Assembly: GCA_003331625.1 (NCBI GenBank)
Contig: QOPF01000008.1
Span: 1,702 to 65,701, forward strand
Length of the DNA: 64,000 nt
Reading direction: 5' to 3'
Origin: Gammaproteobacteria bacterium
Lineage (GTDB): Bacteria > Pseudomonadota > Gammaproteobacteria > Magnimaribacterales > AG-339-G14
The position numbers and the translations under genes are program-made. Within the stretch, counting starts at the first letter, position 1, and every line of letters starts with the position of its first letter. The notes beneath the pieces were generated by a model, which had not been told where the DNA came from, searched no databases, and worked only from the letters and a program-made list of their open reading frames with translations. Below are positions 63,271 to 64,000 of this stretch, piece after piece.

Positions 63271-63738
63271 ATGAAGTTTATATTAGATTATCTAGACGTT
63301 ATCTTAGGAGGACTTGCTGCCCTAGGAGGAATAGCATCTATATATTATCTAATTCAGGAAATGAGAGAGCAAAATAGAGTCGCAAGAGCAAATGCTAGGC
63401 AAAATGTTGCAGACAGCCATCAAGAAATTGCTTTACAGGGTATGAAAAAAAGCATGGTGAAGATTAAGTTAAAATTAAGAAATAATGAAGAGCTTTCTAA
63501 AGAAGAAGATGCAAAATATATGTCTTATTTCAGCATAATGCTTAGATCAAGAGAGAATCAACATTATCAATATACGATTGGCATGATTGATCCTGGAGAA
63601 TGGGAAAACTACAAACGATCTTTTAAAACTTTGTTTAAATCAGAATACCATTTAAAACTTTGGTCCTTCATGAAGAATACATTTAATGACAGTTTTGTAA
63701 AAGTTGTCGAGGAGTTGATAGAAGATGACAGTCATTGA
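63271..63738 (+). CDS. hypothetical protein with one N-terminal TM helix
   Basis: 155-aa ORF with a TM helix (LGGLAALGGIASIYYLI) followed by a charged helical region. I recognise no family. Confidence 0.45.
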   Translation: MKFILDYLDVILGGLAALGGIASIYYLIQEMREQNRVARANARQNVADSHQEIALQGMKKSMVKIKLKLRNNEELSKEEDAKYMSYFSIMLRSRENQHYQYTIGMIDPGEWENYKRSFKTLFKSEYHLKLWSFMKNTFNDSFVKVVEELIEDDSH

Positions 63739-64000
63739 AGAACAACAAGCGAAGTATTTAATAAAATCTTTAGAACATCATCCAAGTCCGTATTTAATAT
63801 TTCATAAAGACGAAGGAATTGAGTGGATGAATAAATCTGCTCAATATGTTTTTGATACCTCAGATATTAAAAGTTTAAATATTGCACCAATTATTTCTTT
63901 AGGAACTTCAAAAAAAATAGAAGAGATTGGCTCTTCTTTTCAGTCTGATGTGGAGCTTACCCTGAGGGAGATAAAATTTTTTTTACGATCTAGAGTTCAT
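63725..64000 (+). CDS. hypothetical protein, N-terminal part (runs off the right edge); possibly PAS-like sensor domain
   Basis: Not in the track because it is truncated. ATG 63725 overlaps the previous gene by 14 nt, and 92 open codons follow: MTVIEEQQAKYLIKSLEHHPSPYLIFHKDEGIEWMNKSAQYVFD... The I.W.N.SA..VF pattern is reminiscent of PAS N-termini. Confidence 0.4.
   Translation, partial: MTVIEEQQAKYLIKSLEHHPSPYLIFHKDEGIEWMNKSAQYVFDTSDIKSLNIAPIISLGTSKKIEEIGSSFQSDVELTLREIKFFLRSRVH

Overview
This is a 64-kb window from an AT-rich, very tightly packed bacterial chromosome. Intergenic gaps are mostly under 100 bp, many start/stop codons overlap, and TTG/GTG starts are frequent. All protein calls rest on motifs and gene order read by eye, with no database search, so family names are recollections rather than hits. 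Gene order around dnaA is the Pseudomonas-type gammaproteobacterial origin neighbourhood: aroE-tsaC-purE / def-fmt-trkA-trkH-glyRS-gmhB-plsC / gyrB-recF-dnaN-dnaA / rpmH-rnpA-yidD-yidC-mnmE-mnmG-rsmG-parA-parB-atpBEFHAGDC-glmU-glmS. I infer a streamlined marine gammaproteobacterium; 'SAR86-like' is only a guess. Positions 1-32941 are conserved origin-proximal core, with a triad of DnaA boxes in the dnaA-rpmH spacer and a consensus parS inside recF. The character changes exactly at the glmS stop codon. An 815-bp single-gene cassette with perfect 19-bp terminal inverted repeats sits between the functional glmS tail and a second copy of that tail that differs only synonymously. After it comes about 30 kb of mostly co-directional accessory genes, interrupted by a few housekeeping genes (psd, pssA, rlmN). 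The accessory genes are dominated by oxygenases and oxidoreductases (2OG-Fe(II) oxygenase, GMC oxidoreductase, cupin, Rieske oxygenase, TauD, two membrane di-iron hydroxylases, a Baeyer-Villiger monooxygenase, nitroreductase). They also include glutathione-linked proteins (two MAPEG, GST, HCCA-isomerase-like), a MerC-like/secreted-methyltransferase module, an Nmad3-like protein and an ADP-ribosylglycohydrolase/ribokinase pair. I saw no rRNA, tRNA, CRISPR array, transposase, integrase or recognisable defence or toxin-antitoxin system. The best-supported unusual feature is the glmS-tail duplication around the inverted-repeat-bounded cassette; the other findings are context-based hypotheses.
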